Below are positions 61,052 to 64,000 of a stretch of 64,000 nucleotides of DNA, in pieces. Position 1 is the stretch's first letter, and every line of letters begins with the position of its first letter. This DNA is from Betaproteobacteria bacterium (GTDB taxonomy: Bacteria > Pseudomonadota > Gammaproteobacteria > Burkholderiales > SG8-41): NCBI GenBank assembly GCA_032128415.1, contig JAQBGW010000063.1:3597-67596 (forward strand), read 5' to 3'. Both the position numbers and the translations under genes were made by a program. The notes under the pieces are model-generated. The model was not told the DNA's origin. It saw only the letters and a list, made by a program, of their open reading frames with translations, and searched no databases.

Positions 61052-63441
61052 TGGCCACTCCGCTACGGCGCAGCCGGACTGCAATAGTCCTGTGGCTGGC
61101 GTTTCTCCTCGCCTGCAGTCTCGTGATCAGCCGCAGCCAGTTCACCACTGATCTGTCGGCTTTTTTCCCGCGCAGCCCGACGCCGGCGCAGCAGTTGCTC
61201 CTGGATCAGATACGCGATGGTCTGGCCTCGCGCCTGATTCTGGTTGGTATCGAAGGTGCCGATGCTCACACCCGCGCCGTGCTGTCAAAACAAATGGCAC
61301 TGCGGCTACGTACTGATGCCGCATTCGTATCCGTAAACAACGGCGAGCCTGTTAACGATGGACGCGACCGGGATTTTCTGTTCAATCATCGTTATCTGCT
61401 AAGCCCTGCAGTGACGCCCGAACGTTTCAGCGCACAGGGCCTGCATGCTGCCTTGGAGGAGAGCATAGATCTGTTGTCTTCCTCCGCCGGCCTGCTGGTG
61501 AAGTCGCTGTTGCCACGCGATCCGACAGGTGAAATGCTCGCCCTGCTCACCCAGCTCAACAGTGGTTCCCGCCCGCGGTTGGCAGAGGGGGCATGGACCT
61601 CACGCGATGGGGCGCGGGCGCTGATGATGGTGCAGACTCGCGCCAACGGATCTGATATCGATGCACAGCAATACGCGATGGCAGCAATCCGGAATGCTTT
61701 TGCAACGGCATCGGGCGCAGCGCCTGCCGCCAGGCTGGTGATGACCGGGCCCGGTGTATTTTCGGTAACCTCCCGCGAAACCATCAAGAGTCAGGTCAAG
61801 CTCTTGTCTGCCTGCGGTTTCCTGCTCATTGCCTTGTTGTTACTGCTGGTTTACCGGTCCTTCACCGCCCTGGTATTGGGTTTTTTGCCGGTCATTACCG
61901 GCGTGATGGCGGGTATTACTGCGGTCAGCCTGGGTTTTGGCACAGTGCACGGCATTACGTTGGGGTTCGGCACTGCATTGATCGGCGAGGCGGTGGACTA
62001 TTCAATCTACCTGTTTGTGCAATCAGAACGGGGCAGTGCGGATCGACAGCGCTGGATCAAACAATACTGGCCCACCATCCGACTCGGGGTATTGACCTCA
62101 TTATTCGGTTTTGCTGCACTGCTGCTGTCTGGTTTCCCAGGGCTGGCACAACTTGGCCTGTACTCGATCGCCGGTCTGATCGCGGCGGCATCGGTGACCC
62201 GATTCGTTTTGCCGCATCTGTTGCCTGCGGATTTCCGCATTCATGATATTTCGGTCACCGGGCTGTTCCTGTCTCGCGTGTTACGGCGCGCCGCCGTGTT
62301 GCGCTGGCCGGCCGTAATACTGCTGCTGGTCGCCGGCGCCATCCTCGTCGAGTACCGTGCCAATTTGTGGAATGACAAAATATCTTCGTTGAGTCCGGTA
62401 TCCCAGGCGGACGTGGCGTTGGATGGCAGTCTGCGTGCTGACGTGGGGGCGCCGGATGTGCGTTATCTGGTGGTGGTGTCCGGCGCGAGCCGGGAATCCG
62501 TGTTGCAGTCTGCCGAGCGGGTCTCCGCCCTGCTGCAAACACAAGTTAACCGGGGTGAGCTTGCCGGCTTCGAGAGCCCCAGTCGCTATCTTCCCAGCAT
62601 GGCGACGCAACGCGCCCGTCATGCCAGCCTGCCGCTCCCCGCTGTGCTGGCGACGCGGCTGACGCAGGCAGTTCAGGGGTTGCCGGTGCGCGCACAACTC
62701 TTTGCCCCGTTTCTTGCCGATGCCGCAACCGCCCGTAACCAGCCGTTGTTGCAGGCCGCGGACCTGGAGCAGACCTCGATGGGTATGGCGGTGGACGCGC
62801 TGCTCCTGCAGCGGGGTGATCGCTGGAGCGCCTTGTTGCCGCTTACCGCACCTCGGAATGCCGGGATCAACGCCAGCCGGATTCAGGCTGCATTGAGTAT
62901 GATGGATTTGCCGGACGCACTGTTTGTGGATATGAAGGCCGAATCGGACCGTTTGTATTCCGGATATTTGCGTGAAGCCATTTCTTTGTCGCTGGCCGGA
63001 CTGGCCGCCATCATCGGATTGTTGCTGCTGGTGTTTCGCTCGCCACTGCGTGTGGCAAGAATCATCACGCCGCTGCTGGCTGCAATTATTACCGTGACCG
63101 CGGGTTTGGCTGTGTTTGGCCAGCAATTGATTATTCTGCATCTGATCGGGTTGCTGCTGGTGGCAGCGGTAGGCTCCAACTACGCCTTGTTTTTTGAGCG
63201 GGATGAACGCCCATTGCCGTCCGGCACTGGAGTCAAGGGCGAAATCGGCCCGGTTGTTCCTGCCATTTCGCCGGGCACCCTGGCTTCGATGCTGTTCGCC
63301 AACCTGACCACCGTCGCGGGTTTTGGACTGCTGGCGTTTTCCAGTGTGCCGATATTGCAGGCCATGGGCGTGACCGTGGCGCCCGGCGTGATTCTTGCGC
63401 TGATTTATGCGGCAATTTTTGCCAAACAAACCAATGCCTGA
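61048..63441 (+). CDS. MMPL/RND-superfamily exporter
   Basis: 797 aa with two 5-6-TM bundles separated by large soluble loops, and the GEAVDYSIYLF motif. The GTG 61048 / ATG 61051 start overlaps the upstream stop. Confidence 0.85.
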   Translation: MMATPLRRSRTAIVLWLAFLLACSLVISRSQFTTDLSAFFPRSPTPAQQLLLDQIRDGLASRLILVGIEGADAHTRAVLSKQMALRLRTDAAFVSVNNGEPVNDGRDRDFLFNHRYLLSPAVTPERFSAQGLHAALEESIDLLSSSAGLLVKSLLPRDPTGEMLALLTQLNSGSRPRLAEGAWTSRDGARALMMVQTRANGSDIDAQQYAMAAIRNAFATASGAAPAARLVMTGPGVFSVTSRETIKSQVKLLSACGFLLIALLLLLVYRSFTALVLGFLPVITGVMAGITAVSLGFGTVHGITLGFGTALIGEAVDYSIYLFVQSERGSADRQRWIKQYWPTIRLGVLTSLFGFAALLLSGFPGLAQLGLYSIAGLIAAASVTRFVLPHLLPADFRIHDISVTGLFLSRVLRRAAVLRWPAVILLLVAGAILVEYRANLWNDKISSLSPVSQADVALDGSLRADVGAPDVRYLVVVSGASRESVLQSAERVSALLQTQVNRGELAGFESPSRYLPSMATQRARHASLPLPAVLATRLTQAVQGLPVRAQLFAPFLADAATARNQPLLQAADLEQTSMGMAVDALLLQRGDRWSALLPLTAPRNAGINASRIQAALSMMDLPDALFVDMKAESDRLYSGYLREAISLSLAGLAAIIGLLLLVFRSPLRVARIITPLLAAIITVTAGLAVFGQQLIILHLIGLLLVAAVGSNYALFFERDERPLPSGTGVKGEIGPVVPAISPGTLASMLFANLTTVAGFGLLAFSSVPILQAMGVTVAPGVILALIYAAIFAKQTNA

Positions 63442-64000
63442 TGCACGCTGGCAACCCACGCTGTTGATACGTACATCCATAGTGCTGCATTTGCTGGCTT
63501 TGTTGGTGCTCATCGCGGAGCCCGGACAGTGGCGCTGGGTGCTGGGCGCGGTGCTGGCCAATCATGCCCTGCTCACCATGGTCGGGATGTGGCCGCGCAG
63601 TCACTGGCTGGGGTCGAACTGGACACGGTTGCCCGCCGCAGCCGCCGCCAGAAATGAAATCGCGCTGACCATAGACGATGGTCCTGATCCCGTGGTGACT
63701 CCCCAAGTGCTGGAAATTCTCGATCGTTACGCAGCCCGGGCCACTTTTTTCTGCATTGGTGAAAAAGCAGCGCGTTATCCTGATCTGTGCCGGGAAATCC
63801 TGCGCCGCGGCCATGTCCTGGAAAACCACAGTCAGCATCATCGCCCCACTTTTGCTTTCCTGGGCTATGCCGGCCTGATGCGTGAATTGCAGGCCGGCCA
63901 GGAGACACTGAGCGCGATTGCCGGTTGCCGCCCCATGTTCTTCCGCGCACCTGCCGGACTGCGCAATCCCTTTCTTGATCCGGTACTCAATCGATTGGAC
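63434..64000 (+). CDS. Polysaccharide deacetylase (NodB homology domain), 3' end outside window
   Basis: My own translation of frame 63434: MPDARWQPTLLIRTSIVLHLLALLVLI... (TM), then ALTIDDGPDP, TFFCIG, ENHSQHH NodB motifs. The ORF is not in the supplied track because it has no stop within the window. Confidence 0.8.
   Translation, partial: MPDARWQPTLLIRTSIVLHLLALLVLIAEPGQWRWVLGAVLANHALLTMVGMWPRSHWLGSNWTRLPAAAAARNEIALTIDDGPDPVVTPQVLEILDRYAARATFFCIGEKAARYPDLCREILRRGHVLENHSQHHRPTFAFLGYAGLMRELQAGQETLSAIAGCRPMFFRAPAGLRNPFLDPVLNRLD

Noticed and set aside
62281-63561. A 426-aa ORF on the minus strand.
   Set aside because: It is antisense to the MMPL exporter. Its Gln/Arg/Gly/His-rich low-complexity translation marks it as a shadow ORF.
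1-64000. I looked for CRISPR arrays, tRNA/rRNA genes, transposases, integrases, phage genes, toxin-antitoxin pairs and known anti-phage defence modules.
   Set aside because: I found no regularly spaced direct repeats, no cloverleaf-like or rRNA-like segments, and no ORF with transposase/integrase/recombinase, nuclease-helicase, TIR/SIR2-effector or reverse-transcriptase motifs. The only Sir2-family ORF, at the window start, is an ordinary CobB-type deacylase with a Zn ribbon and no partner genes visible. A defence role cannot be excluded for its unseen upstream neighbours.

Overview
This is a GC-rich chromosomal segment. Its gene content looks like a Burkholderiales-type betaproteobacterium. 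That taxonomic guess is an inference from five orphan Bug/TctC-family periplasmic receptors with no TctA/TctB partner, and from the REP types present. I call about 68 protein-coding genes. I recognised no rRNA, tRNA, CRISPR array, transposase, integrase, phage gene or known defence system. Layout: (1) 1-35.8 kb is a patchwork of small catabolic or accessory modules. These are alpha/beta hydrolases, Bug receptors, an SDR, a class II aldolase, UbiD-type and ThDP-type decarboxylases, a molybdenum hydroxylase with fused large and FAD subunits, and a NIPSNAP-VOC-flavin monooxygenase-dehydrogenase operon divergent from a CocE/NonD hydrolase. (2) 35.8-46.6 kb holds housekeeping-type genes (Nudix, B12-binding radical SAM, DUF2237, hslR, PhoD) and a small signalling neighbourhood (cyclase-FHA fusion, TPR proteins, HDOD). 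(3) From about 46.7 kb to the window end lies a xanthomonadin-like, halogenated aryl-polyene type II PKS pigment cluster with its lipid-anchoring and export genes. It runs off the window. This cluster is the most system-like element here, but its family is already described. What may be new are local variants: an AMP-ligase::dehydratase fusion, two methyltransferases, and a double-hotdog thioesterase at the border. Non-coding structure not explained by genes: a duplicated ~88-nt promoter/leader segment in front of two adjacent genes; a dispersed AT-rich ~24-35-nt motif (6 copies); a GC-rich palindromic REP family (3 copies); and a second double-hairpin element. All functional calls come from motif recognition by eye on the supplied translations. 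No database search was run, so start codons and family names are provisional.
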